This document shows positions 26,524 through 39,800 of a stretch of DNA of 64,000 nucleotides, in pieces. Position 1 is the first letter of the stretch. Each line of letters starts with the position of its first letter. The position numbers and the translations under genes are program-made. The notes below the pieces were generated by a model, which was not told where the DNA came from, did no database searches, and worked only from the letters and a program-made list of their open reading frames with translations. The stretch covers positions 50,327,310 to 50,391,309 of the forward strand of contig NC_092381.1 of the NCBI RefSeq assembly GCF_030028105.1, in the 5' to 3' direction. The stretch comes from Mobula birostris. Lineage: Eukaryota.

Positions 26524-29035
26524 ATTATCTGAAAGTAACTCTTGAAATTCCAATTCCCAGGCAGCTTTAATTTTATCATTAGGTATCATTCGTAAATTCA
26601 ATAACCATTCATAAATTGTAGCTATTAATCCTTTTTGGAGTGGTTTAACCTGGAAGAGGGTATCTATTATATGAGGTGGATAAGCAGAGGGATAATTTGG
26701 AAGCAAAGTACGTAAAAAGTTCCTAACTTGTAAGCATTTAATAAAGTGTACATTGGACAAATCAAATTTATCCTCTAGCTGAGTAAAAGACATTAAACAA
26801 TCCCCTATAAACAAATCTGAAAAAATTATTATTCCTTTGGTTTTCCAAATTAAAAAAGCCCGATCTAAAATTGATGGTTTAAGAACATAGTTACAATATA
26901 TTTTACTAGAAAGGACAAAATTATTTAATTCAAAAAATCTACGAAACTGAAACCAAATTCTTAATGTATGTTTAATAATAGGATTAAGGTCTTGTCTACT
27001 AATCTTAGAGAGTAGAAAAGGAAGAGGAGCTCCCAGTAAAGAGGCCAAGGAATACTCCTTAACCGAGCTTTTCTCCAAATCCACCCATAAAGGACAGTCA
27101 TATATGTCTGAGTAATGAATCCAGCAGGTAATTAATTGCCCAGTAGTACAGTCTAGAACTTGGTAAAGCCATACCACCGTCCTTTTTTAAATTCTGCAAT
27201 AAAGGTTTACTCAATCTAGGATTTTTATTGTTCCAAATATAAGATAAAATTTTAGAGTCTATTCTGTCAAAAAACCATTTAGGAACAAATGAAGGAACTG
27301 CTTGAAATATATATAAGAATTTCGGTAGATCTATCATTTCAATAGCATTAATTCCACCAATTAATGATAGCGTCATAGGAGACCATTTAGAAAGTATTTG
27401 TTGGGTATAGTCAATTAATGGGAGAAAATTATATTTACACAGATCTTTAAAATTCTTAGCAACTTTAATACCAAGATAAGTAAATTGATTTTTAGCAATA
27501 CTAAAAGGTAATTGCTCATACTGATCCAAATGATTATTAATGGGAAATAACTCACTTTTATATAAATTTAATTTATAAGGAATAGATTCCTTAGGACCTG
27601 AAATGTAGACTAACAAGTTATCTGCATACAATGAAACCTTATGCATTTTATCACCTCTCTTAATACCCTGAATGCTATTGGAATTCCGAAGAGCAAGAGG
27701 TTCTAGAGCCAAGTTAAGTAACAAAGGACTAAGAGGACAGCCCTGCTGGGTACCTCCGTATAGTCTAAAATGGGGAGATTTTTGATTGTTAGTTATAACT
27801 GCAGCCATAGGAGCTTGATAAATCAATTTGATCCAGGAAATGAAACCCGGACCAAAATTAAATCTTTCTAAAATTTCAAATAAATAACCCCACTCCACCC
27901 TATCAAAGGCTTTCCCTGCGTCAAGGAAAACAACACATTCAGGTTTTTTGGATGGAGAGGAATAAATAATGTTCAATAGTCTCTGAATATTAAAGTGTGA
28001 ATCTCTATTCTTAATAAATCCAGTTTGATCGTTAGAGATAACTTTAGGTAAAATATTCTCGATCCTATTAGCCAAAATTTTGGAAAGAATTTTCGAATCC
28101 ACATTTGGTAAAGAAATTGGTCTATAAGAGGCACATTCAGATAAATCTTTTTCTTTTTTAGGAATTAATGAAATTAATGCCTCATAAAAAGTTTTTGGGA
28201 GAGTCCCAGAGGATACAGAATCAGTGAAAACTTGACATAAATGAGGTGTAAGTATCTCAGTAAAAGTCTTAAAAAATTCCACTGTATATCCATCTGGTCC
28301 CGGAGCCTTACCTGACTGAAGAGAGAATATAGCCCTTGTTATTTCCTTTTGTTTAATAGGCGCATCCAATGTGTTCATTATCTTGTGTAGAAAATTTAGG
28401 TATATACAGCTTTTGCAAAAATCTATTCATAGCAGTAGTATTGTCTGAAAAGTCAGATTTATAAAGGTTAGAGTAGAAATCCAGTAATACCTTATTAATT
28501 TCCTGACCATCTGACGTTTCAGTTCTATTAGCTCTTCGTATTTTCAAAATCTGACTTCTAGCCATATCTGCTTTTAATTGACCAGCCAACAATTTGCCCG
28601 ATTTATCCCCATGTATGTAAAATTGACTTTTAGATCTGAGAAGTTGCTGCTCAATGGGATAGCTCAAAAGCAAGTCATGCCGTGTTTGAAGTTCCACCCT
28701 TTCCTTATAAAGATCTTCATTAGGTGTCACTGAATAAACTTCATCTATTTCTTTAATCCTGTTAGTGATCACTAAAAATTCTGCTTTGGTTTTCCTTCTC
28801 AAAACCTACTGAACGTGAAATTATCTGTCCTCTGAGAAAAGATTTCATCGTATCCCAAATAACCAAATTTGACATTCCCTCAGTTGTATTTAATTCAAAA
28901 AATAAAGAAATTTGTTCTTTAGTAAAACTTACAAAAGATAAGTCCTGTAATAATGAGTATTAAATCTCCAGTGAGAAGATTTTAAAATGTTATCAGGAAA
29001 TCTAAATGTTAATTTCATAGGTGTGTGGTCTGACA

Positions 29036-29123
29036 ACATGATGATCATACTGAATGGCGGTGCAGGCTTGAAGGGCCGAATGGCCCTACTCCTGCACCTA
29101 TTTTCTATGTTTCTATGTTTCTA
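29036..29123 (+). mobile_element. Extremely truncated CR1 (3' hairpin + tail only) inside L1
   Basis: gaagggccgaatggccctactcctgcacctattttctatgtttctatgtttctatg, nearly identical to the 3' end of the CR1 at 25434. Confidence 0.9.
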
Positions 29124-29208
29124 TGACATCATACATGCAATCGGCAACAAAAGGCACCAATTGCGTGTCCAGCAAAAAATAATCGATTCTTGAGTATTTA
29201 TGATATAC

Positions 29209-29850
29209 TCAGGGAGGAGAAGATGGCGGTGCAACTCAGCGCGCACGGCCATTCCGAATGATATCGTATGTGTAACTAGGGGCCGTGCACAATCCGGATT
29301 TGATGGAGACAGCCGTGAGAAGCACAGAGGAACATCTGGAGTAACTCCTGAAATGCCTACTTTGCCGCCGCTGCTACTGTGTGTTCGAGAATCTCCGGAG
29401 ACAAAGGCCTCCAATCCTTGGCTTTGCATATGACCTGTTGCTGGGGCTGGGGACAAAGCGCTCGGCAGAGATGGTGCTTGGTGCTCGGTGTCGAATAGGT
29501 GGTTGGAGGCTTGGAGTTTTTTGGACTGACTCAGAGTCGGACTGTGGTCGGATGCTTCTGGGATGCTGTACCAGCAAGTTGACAGCGCTGGAGGTTCACC
29601 GTCTGTGTGAGATGATGGGACTTTCGGGAGACTTTGAGACTTTTACTGTGCCATGGTCTGTTCTTATCAAATTACGGTATTGCTTTGCACTGTTGTAACT
29701 ATATGTTATAATTATGTGGTTTTTGTTAGTTTTTAAGTCAGTTTGTCATGTGTTTTTCATGATATTCTGGAAAAACATTTTATCATTTCTTAATGCATGC
29801 ATTACTAAATGACAATAAAAGGGGACTGCGTGTCCTCATAATCATATATC
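29209..29850 (+). mobile_element. Non-autonomous retroelement inserted in the L1 endonuclease domain
   Basis: Splits the L1 reading SFFSY|VYHKYSRIDY; CpG-rich 5' end with aagatggcgg; 3' tgacaataaa plus a short hairpin. Confidence 0.8.
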
Positions 29851-31113
29851 ATATGAAAAGAAAGAAAAATCCCTATCTTTAGGATATATAACTCTCCAGC
29901 TCTCAACAAAACCGTATTCCAATAAAAAAGAGTTGATACAAGTTGCAGCATTATTAGGAAGCAACTGATTGGTTGATGGCCTATCAATCGAAGGATTTAA
30001 ACAGCAATTGAAGTCACCACTCATAATCAACTTGTGTTTATTTAAATTTGGCAGCACAGAAAATACTTCCTTAAAAAATTCAGGACTATCTATATTAGCT
30101 GCATAAACACACACTAGAGCCACCTTTTGACCACATAAAGAAAAAGATCATATTCAGAGTTAGTTTAATCCTGAGGATTTGTTTATATCATCAATAAATG
30201 ATGTACTCTTAGTGTTTAGAAATGATTAGTTCATGAAGTGATTCTGGATGAGAAGATGAGATCTGGAAAGCTCTAAATGTCAAAAATTCAAATAGCAAAC
30301 AGGCCTCAAAGTAACTTCAGTATCTCCATGCTGCAATCCAAATTCTCCAAAACTAATTTAACAAAACGGAGTAAGAACACTGTCTAAAGAAATTTAAAGA
30401 AAAGAATTCCAGGCCAGAAGTGGCATGTCAAGAATTGAAATTTGCCCACTTTTGCTGACGTCTTTTACAGATGCATATGAGACACTTAAAATGCACTTGC
30501 ATTACAGCTGAGATGCTGGCTGGATCCAAAGACTTTGCTGATTTGCTGAGTTCAATTGTTACATGGCATCGGCTGAAGACTAGATCCTGAATTTACAGAA
30601 ACTTCTGGAGATGGCTGAGATACGTAATTCACTTGACACGCTGGTGGAAGATGATTGCAAACAGCTTGCATTCATATGTTAGGCTCAGTGTCACTAATAA
30701 TGAAGGTGCATATTCAGTCTTCTCCTCTGTGTGCTCTCTCACTGCTCACCTTTCTTGACAGGATGTGATAGGACTGCAAATGTTTGATCACATCTGTTTG
30801 CTGTGAAGCTGCTTTGTTCAGTCTATTACAGCTACTTCCTTAGATATAGCTTAGTGTTGGAGCTTCAGGAGGATGGTACCTCTCTTCAGGTTCATTTTAT
30901 ACACTTCTTGGGATTTTCTTCTGCACTACTCACTCAATTAGGGCTGATTCTCTGGTTTATGCATAATTAAAGAAGGATATGTCTGAATATAAAGTCACAA
31001 ACTATGTGAAAATATGAGTCTGCAGCTGCTGATGGCCTTCACTGTCTCATAATTGTTTATTTATGAACTCATTTTAACCAAAAAAAATTGATTTATGTCA
31101 GGTTATACACATA

Positions 31114-33494
31114 CAGTGCCTTGTAAAAGTATTCAGCACCCCTCCCCCAACCCTTGGTTCACAGAAATGAGTATTACCTAGGAATTTTGATCAATTTAGC
31201 TCAAAATTTTTATTTGTGAACCACATGCTTCTTTTTTCACAGTCGAGCCCCCTAAAAAGACGGGGAAAATTGTAAAGCATGAAAAACTTCTGGAGGCAGA
31301 GCAGGGTGATGATGGCGCTCAGCAGCAATGCCTTTGCTTGCATTTTTGAAAACTGCTCTATTTCCATCTTTAATATCTTTATTTTTCCCTTTCAGAGTTC
31401 TTTTGAAGACCCTGACCTGGAGGCACACACTGACTGCGGTTCTTTGCAGGAATAGGACCCGGTCTCAGGGTTTCATAACTGGCCGTTTTTCAGCATGCCA
31501 AGGGCTCGGCCTAAGAGTCTGGCTTGGCTTTGGAGGCTTGGGATCTCGGGGCTCTGGAGAAGGGTGGATTGAAGGTCAGTGTCACGGCAGGAGACCCCTG
31601 TGTCATCGGGGGAGTCAGAACATCTACGGCTGTGTGCCCAGATCTTTGGGCACAGAATTCAAAAAAAGCAACATAACGGACTTTTAACATCGTAAATCAG
31701 CGAGTTGTTTGTTATGTCTCCTGGCTCACTGTGAAAATGGCGTCAACCATTTCTCCCTTATTAGGGAGAGAGAGAGCCTTTGGTATGTCGAATACTGGGT
31801 GAAACGCGAAGTCTTTGGGGTAACTGCGAGTCTGTGTCTTTGCTGTTGTTTTGCTCATGCTTGAGTGCTCGTTAGTGGGTACCAATGCTTTTTTTTTGCC
31901 GATGGGGGGAGAGGGGATTGTTGCTTGCTGTCATTTATGCACAGGAGGGAGGGAAGCTGAGGGGGACTTTGGGGTTCTAACATTTAACATTCATTCTTTG
32001 GGGCACTCCTCCATTTTCATGGATGGTTGTGAAGAAAAAGCATTTCAGGATGTATATTGTATACATTTCTCTGACATTAAATGTACCTTTGACACCTTTG
32101 AAACTACAAATTCAAACACTGAAATGTCAACAGTTCAAACGTATTCATTCCCTTTTGCTCAGTACTTAGTCTCACAGCTATTACAGGCAGTAGTCTTTTT
32201 GGTTAAGTCTCTATTAGCTTTACACAATGTGATGGATTAAGAATTGCCCATTCTGCATTGCAAAATTGCTCAAGCTGTGCTGGGTTTGTTAGGGTGCGAC
32301 GGTGGAGAGCAATGTTGAGTCTTGCTAGAGGTATTCGATTGGATTAAGGTTAGGACTCCGATTGGGCCACTCAAAGCATCGGTTTTCTTCATTTGAACCC
32401 ACTCTATGGTTACTCCGGCAGTGTGTTTTGGATCGTTATTCTGCTGAAAGACGAAATTCCTCCCCAGTTTAAGTTTTCCAGCAAAGGCAGGCAAGTCTTT
32501 ATCCAGAATCTCTCTGTATTTAGCAGCATTCATCTGTCCGTCAATCCTGACCAGACTTCCAATCCCTTCTGCTGAAATGCATCCCCACAGCATAATGCTA
32601 CCTCCACCATACTTTACAGTAGGGATGGTGTTACCTAGTTGATGTATTGCTTAGTGTTGAGACCAAAAAGTTCCACTTTAGTCTCACCTGACACAAGACT
32701 TTTTTGTACATCTTTACAGTAACTTCTAAGCAATCCTTTGCAAAGGATATGCTTTTCTTTTGGCCAGGTCTTCTTTCTTGTCATTCTTCCACAAATACCC
32801 CTTTTGTGCAAGACCTTAGAGTTTGTGGAGACATAAAATTCATCTCCAGTTACAGCCACTGATTTCTGCAGCGCACTCAGAGTGACTGTTCACAGCAAAT
32901 GGTCTCTTTCACAGTGAGATTCTCCTCTGGGCAACGAAGTTCAGAGGGGCAGCCTGACCTGAGCAGTGTGGCTGTGGTTTCATATTTTTCCACTTCTTCA
33001 CAATGGACTGCATTGAGTTCCTTGCCTTTGAGATGGTCTTGTACCCTTCCCTAGATGTGTGGTTCTCTATTGTTATTTCCCTGATGTCTTGAATTCTCTT
33101 TTGTCTTTATTTTGGTCTGTTGGAAGTCTGGCATATTAATGGACCTTACAGAGAGAGAGGGTATTTATTCTTATGAATTCTATGAAAACAGGTGATCTTC
33201 CTATTTTCTACATCAACAAATGGGGTGAGCTGGTAAGGTTATATACAGTATTGCACCTGAGGAAAGTTAGCATAGTAATTATAAAGGGGGATGAATACTT
33301 CTCAGCCTCACAATTTTGGTTTTTAATTTTTAGTAAATTGTTGACAGGTTTGGGAACTTTTCTTTTCTTGACATAATGCACAATATTTTGGAGATTAGCT
33401 CAAAAAATCTAACTTCAATATATTTTAAATTTAGAAAGTGACTCAGTAAAATGTGAAAATAGTTGTGGGAGCTGAATACCTTGACAAAGTATTG
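31114..33494 (-). mobile_element. Tc1/mariner DNA transposon with degenerate transposase
   Basis: TA-flanked TIRs cagtgccttgtaaaagtattcagc / gctgaataccttgacaaagtattg; ETKVELFG, MLWGC..AEGIG, FQQNNDPKHTA. Confidence 0.92.
31289..32100 (+). mobile_element. Non-autonomous retroelement inserted in Tc1
   Basis: TSD aaact (31284-31288, 32101-32105); 5' gatggcg; 3' tgacattaaa + (acctttga)2 tail. Confidence 0.8.
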
Positions 33495-35804
33495 TATGTC
33501 AATTTTCACTTAAGATTGAAATCAACCAATGTACTTGTACATAGAAAGTAGTTTCTAGTATTGTTGTAATATAGCTGAACGTATACAAACTTGTGTACTT
33601 CTTTATTTTAAAAAATACATCCTAGACTGATTAAGTTGTTAGATATGTAGTTTGATGAGCACCCTATATATATTTGGAAAAATGCAATAAATTTAAACAT
33701 CCTTAAACAATGAGAGATATTAAAAATGTTGTTCACCCCCAGGACAAGAGAAACTACAGCTAGTGTCATCCTGATGAAATACACACACAGTAATGGCCTG
33801 AGTTGGTACTTATTTACCTACTATTTGAAAAAAAACTACAAACAGAATGTAAACTAATGTTAAATTCCATAATTTCTGAATAACTGCTAATTGTAGTGTA
33901 TCACAATCAATTCTATTACCACACACAGATAATCCTGACATGCAGTTATTCCTCTTCAGCAAGTAATTGGCTTGCTTTGTGACAGCTCTAGAAACAAAAG
34001 GCAAGTAGGACAGAGGTTACCCTTTTCAACTGTCATTCTTGATTGTCAAAACAGTCAGCGGTCAATATTGTTTATCTTGCCTTTATTTTAATACCTCTCA
34101 AAATGTGAAACAGTTAATCAATATTGCTTATCTCTGCCTCCTTCTTGAGATTACAGTACATAGCTATCAAAGAGAATGTTTTTCAGGCTGCTAATAGTGT
34201 CACCTTGTAAACAGGAGTTACTATGCTATAATTTATGGGGAAATAACGGTGAGGCTAAGCAAGCAAACTGTTAAGTCAGACAGCAATGTAGATGTCCAGC
34301 TAACCATGAAAATTCAAATGCTGTTTTCTGAGAAGTATGGTTGCACCAGAAATGGCATCAATATGATATCGTACTGTGTGATCATGATGATATGCATGTG
34401 ATATTGTGAAGTTTCTGTAGTCGCACAGTCAAAATGGACCATACATACAACAGAAAGTTAATATTGTTTCAGTCTGCATATTCTTTTAACAATTTGATAT
34501 CTTTTTCTGCTAAATGACCATTCTGCCATTACAAATTAACACTTACAAGTGTGGAGTCTCATTCAATATTTTTTAAAACACTAGACTTTACAAGAAAGAA
34601 AAAAGGTTGACATTTAAATCCGTTTTCTGTTTTGATTTTATTCTGGTCTTTATTTATTTAAATTGACATTTCCTGGTTCACATCTTGCACTGTTCATTCT
34701 CACCTTTTCAATCTAATTGATTAAGGAGAATCGTAATGCTTGTGCTGTTCACACAGGCACCAGGTGTATGATTTAATCTTCCACATCCAGCAATTTGCTG
34801 TACAAAGTTTCAAGGGATTTTAACAAGCGGAGGAAAATTTCTTCAATGACAAGCTTGGGTAGTTCACCAATACTGGAAATTCTGTATAACAATGCAGAGA
34901 AAAATTCTTTTTCTACTTGCTGTTTAAACAGAACTACTTCACAGTTCTGCATAGTTACGGGAGATGTTATAGACGACAAAATACCAAGAATTGTCAGAAT
35001 TGTTTTGGTTACCATTATACTCAGGGTGCAATATTCTGTGATGTTTTACCAGTGTGGATTGTAGTTCGCTGAATGTTACAGTTCTTGAACCGCAAAAAAA
35101 AAATCACCATTGAAATCCCGAGGGATAATGCATATGTATTATGTTGAATTAGATTTTACATATCAAAGGATCTTCCCTGCCTCACATTTGTTAAGCATAT
35201 GGAAGATTAAGTGAAGTTGTTCTAATTGCTGGCATGAATCGAAGAGAATATGATTATTTTCTTTTGATTATTTTCCATTAACATCAACCAAAAACATAAC
35301 TAAATATCCATTGTGTAAAAATATTTCAGGTTAAAAAAAAACTATTGATAAAGGTTAAGTAAATCATTTTTTCACTTTTAAGATGATCCTGAGTTTGGGT
35401 TTTAAGTACCATGATATAACTGGTGGAAGGGAAGGCAGAGTGTAAACTTCTACTATTTTGAATTTGGATACAATATAGATGATAGTTTTATGGCAGAATA
35501 ATGGAGAGAGCTGTTGTTCTTACTCATCATGGTCTTATTCTGTTTGCAGGGATTGTCTGATTTTTGGAGAACATACAACTGGGAATCTGTCTGGAGTTTG
35601 AAGGGTGCATTATTGGTGGGAGTATATTAATTGTTGTTTAATTACAGTAAGTACCCTCCTTGCATTCCACCTAATAGTCTCACACAAAAGCTAACAATGC
35701 AAGTGATTGAGGAGAACCTAGTCTGTACTTTGTATTTACCTCTCATGGAGTAACAGCTCTGGCACTTCGGTATCCGCATGGACCAACTAAGTTACCTTCC
35801 CTAC

Positions 35805-36095
35805 TGAATATTGAAATATCTGGACAGAGTGGACACTAAGAGCATGTTTCCAGTAGTGGGAGAGTCTAGGACTAGAGGGCACAGCTTCAGAATAAAAGAA
35901 CTTCCTCTAGAACAAAGATGCAGAAGAGTTTCTTTAGTCAGAAGGTGATGAGTCAATGGTATGCACTGCGACAGGTAGCTAAGGAGGCCAAATCATTTTG
36001 TATATTTAAATTAGAGATTAATAGATTCTTGATTAGTGAAATCATTGAAGGTTACAGGGAGAAGATGGGAATGGGGTTGAGAGGGAATAATAAGG
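35805..36095 (+). mobile_element. CR1 3' fragment
   Basis: tctaggactagagggcacagc (SRTRGHS); KSFFSQKVMSQW. Confidence 0.85.
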
Positions 36096-36096
36096 G

Positions 36097-36590
36097 GCAT
36101 GAGGAAGGAAATGCAATGAACAGCAGTTTGGCTTTTCTCCAAAGACCAGGAAACTTCATATGACAATGTGGCCACATACCACAAAAGCAGACATTTTTGA
36201 AAAGCATTTTTGCTTCTTCTTTATTCTGAATTTCGATAATTTCTTCCTGCAAGCTCTCTTCCTGTTCTTCCACCCTGCAAAGAAATGGGCTAATTACCCA
36301 GTCCAGAATTTCCAGATTGTTCAAATCCTTGAATCGGTTTTGAAAATCCTGCTTCAGTGACTGCAGGTGTGAGCAATACTTTTGCAAATCACCATCTGTG
36401 AAAGAGAGTGCCATACTTTCTATGCAGGAAAACTGTGAGAACATTCTTCTCCCAATGTTTTGCTTACATAGTTCTGATTGTTCAATAAAAGTAGACACTG
36501 CACTTTTGCCTGGATTAAGCTGAAATTCTCACCCTGCAGTTTCATATTTAGAATGTTCATTTTGTCATGCAGCAAACATTATATTGACAG
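36097..36590 (-). pseudogene. hAT (Buster/Charlie-like) transposase fragment
   Basis: YCSHLQSLKQDFQNRFKDL...WVISPF...LQEEIIEIQN...FPGLWRKAKLLFIAFPSS is typical of the region leading into the hAT C-terminal dimerisation domain. Confidence 0.85.
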
Positions 36591-36835
36591 TGATTCAGAT
36601 TGGAATCTGAAGGCGAGTCAGGATGTTCGTGGTGTTTGGCAAGCTACCTTTATACAGTGCTATTCCAGTCTGTGCGACCGACCATACACATAAGGTCTCA
36701 TAATCCCCAAAGATGGCTCTTGGCAGCACATATGAAGCCGAGCTCACTTTGAACACCTCAAGAGGAATCCTTGGGGTTGGCAGGTTCACTGGTTGGCTCT
36801 ATTTCACCATTTGGTTCCGGTCAGCACTATATCAT

Positions 36836-39800
36836 GTACCAGGGTCCGGGATGTTTCTGATCGCATCCACGATATCCTGAAGTGGGAAGGAGAACAGCCA
36901 GAGGCCGTGGTACATATTAGTACCAACGATATAGGCAGGAAAAGGGAGGAGGTCCTGAAAGCAGACTACAGGGAGTTAGGAAGGAAGTTGAGAAGCAGGA
37001 CCACAAAGATAGTCATCTCGGGATTACTGCCTGTACCACATGATAGTGAGTAGAGGAATAGAATGAGTGGAGGATAAATGCGTGGCTGAGGGATTGGAGC
37101 AGGGGGCAGGGATTCATATTTCTGGATCATTGGGACACCTTTGGGGCAGGAGTGACCTGTACAAAAAGAGCAGATTGCACTTGAATTCCAGGGGGACCAA
37201 TATCCTGGCAGGGAGGTTTGCTAAGGCTATTGGGAAGAGTTTAAATTAGAATTGCTGGGAGGTGGGAACTGAACTGAAGAGACTGAGGAAGAGGTAGTTG
37301 GCTCACAAATAGAGAAAGCTTGGAGACAGTGTGAGAGGGAGGATAGGCAGGTGATAGAGAAGGGATGCATTCAGACCGATGATTTGAGATGTGTCTATTT
37401 TAATGCAAGGAGTGTCATGAACAAAGCAGATGAGCTTAGAGTCTGAATCAGTACTTGGAGCTATGATGTTGTGGCCATTACAGAGACCTGGATGGTTCAG
37501 GGTCAAGAATGGTTACTTCGAGTGCCAGGCTTTAGGTGTTTCAGAAAGGACAGGGAGGGAGGCAAAAGAGGTGGGGGCGTGGCACTGTAGATCAGAGATA
37601 GTGTCACATCTGCAGAAAAGGAGGAAGACATGGAGGGATTGTCTACGGAGTCTCTGTGGGTGGAAGTTAGGAACAGGAAGGTGTCAGTAATTCTACTGGG
37701 TGTTTTTTATTGACCACTCAGTAGTAACAGGGACATTGAGGAACAGGTAGGGAGACAGATTCTGGAAAGGTGTAATAATAACAGGGTTGTTGAGGTGGGA
37801 GATTTTAATTTCCCAAATATTGATTGGCATGTCCCTAGAGTGAGGGGTTTAGATGGGGTGGAGTTTGTTAGGTGTGTTCAAGAGGTTTCTTGACGCAATA
37901 TGTAGATAAGCCTACAAGAGGAGAGGTTGTACTTGCTTGATCTGGTATTGGGAAATGAACCTGGTCAGGTATCAGATCTCTCAGTGGGAGAGCATTTTGG
38001 AGATAGTGATCATAATTCTGTCTCCTTTACCATAGCATTGGAGAGGGATAGGAACAGACAAGTTAGGAAAGCGTTTAACTGGAGTAAGGGGAAATATGAG
38101 GCTAGCAGGTAAGAACTTGGAAGCATAAATTAAAACAAGATGTTCTCAGAGAAATGAATGGAAGAAATGCGGCAAATCTTCAGGGGATGTTTGCGTGGAG
38201 TTCTGCAGAGGTACATTCCAATGAGACAGGGAAAGGATGGTAGGGTACAGGAACCATGGTGTACAAAGGCTGTTGTAAATCTAGTCAAGAAAGAAAGAAG
38301 AGCTTATGAAAGGTTCAAAAAACTAGGTAATGATAGCGATCTAGAAGGTTATAAGGCTAGCAGGAAGGAGCTTAACAATGAAATTAGGAGAGCCAGAAGG
38401 GGCCATGAGAAGGCCTTGGTGGACAGGATTAAGGAACACCCCAATGCATTCTACAAATATGTGAAGAGCAGGAGGATAAGATATGAGAGAATAGGACCAA
38501 TCAATTGTGACAGTGGAGAAGTGTGAACGGGAGGAGATAACAGAGGTACTTAATGAGTATTTTTCTTCAGTATTCACTACAGAAAAGGATCTTGACGATT
38601 GTAGGGATAACTTACAGCAGACTGAAAAGCTTGAGCATGTAGATATTAAGAAAGAGGATGTGCTGGAGCTTTTGAAAAGCATCAAGTTGGATAAATCACT
38701 GGGACCAGACAAGATGTACCCCAGGCTACTGTGGGAAGCAAGGGAGGAGATTGCTGAGCCTCTGGTGATGATCTTTGCATCATCAATGGGGACAGAAGAG
38801 GTTCTGGAGGATTGGGGGGGTTGCAGAAGTTGTTCCATTATTTAAGAAAGGGAGTAGAGATAGCCCAGGAAATTATAGACCAGTGAGTCTTACTTCAGTG
38901 GTTGTTAAGTTGATAGAGAAGATCCTGAGAGGCAGGATTTATGGACATTTGGAGAGGGATAACATGATTAGGAATAGTCAGCATGGCTTTGTCAAAGTTA
39001 GGTCATGCCTTACGAGCCTGATTGAATTTTTTGAGGATGTGACTAAACACATTGATGAAGGAAGAGCCGTAGATGTAGTGTATATGGATTTCATCAAGGC
39101 ATTTGACAAAGTACTCCATGCAAGGCTTATTGAAAAAGTAAGGAGGCCTGAGGTCCAAGGGGATATTGTTTTGTGGATCCAGAACTGGCTTGCCCACAGA
39201 AGGCAAAGAGTGGTTTTAGACAGGTCATGTTCTACATGGAGGTCGGTGACCAGTGGTGTGCCTCAGGGATCTGTTCTGGGACCTTTACTCGTCGTGATTT
39301 TTATAAATGACCTGGATGAGGAAGTGGAGGGATGGGTTAGTAAATTTGCTGATGACACAAAGGTTGGAGGTGTTGTGGATAGTGTGGAGGGCTGTCAGAG
39401 GTTACAGCGGGACAATGATAGGATGCAAAACTGGGCTGGGAAGTGGCAGATGGAGTTCAACCCAGATAAGTGTGAGGTGGTTCACCTTGGTAGGTTAAAT
39501 ATGATGACAAAATATAGTATTAATGGTAAGACTCTTGGCAGTGTGAAGGATCAGAGGAATCTTGAGGTCCGAGTCATTAGGGCATTGAAAACTGCTGCAT
39601 AGGTTGACTCTGTGGTTAAGAAAGCATACGGTATATTGGCTTTTATCAACCGTGGGGTTGAGTTTAAGAGCCGAAAGGTAATGTTGCAGCTATATAGGAC
39701 CCTGTTCAGACCCCACTTGGAGTACTGTGCTGAGTTCTGGTCACCTCAGGAAGGACGTGGAAACCACAAAAAGGGTGCAGAGGAGATTTACAAGGATGTT

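Larger units (their letters stand above)
24525..30140 (-). mobile_element. L1-clade LINE, ORF2 (APE endonuclease - RT - C-terminal Cys/His motif), degenerate, with three nested inserts
   Basis: EN: VYAAN...GDFN, YSRIDY, SDH; RT: GKAPGPDGY, SYRPISL, DQTGFIKNR, KAFDRVEW, QGCPLSPLL, LYADN; C-terminal CDRC...HMFWSC; 3' end aataaaaagattgaaaaaagaaag near 24550-24525. Confidence 0.95.

Noticed and set aside
30330-30980. Possible ancient retroelement remnant
   Set aside because: Looks repeat-like, but I could not identify a diagnostic motif
34773-35015. 80-aa minus-strand ORF with protein-like composition
   Set aside because: Bounded by stops, no convincing splice sites and no family motif I recognise
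36097-36590. hAT ORF as a domesticated ZBED/SCAND-like host gene
   Set aside because: Truncated on both sides, abutting a CR1 fragment, and lacking the rest of the transposase
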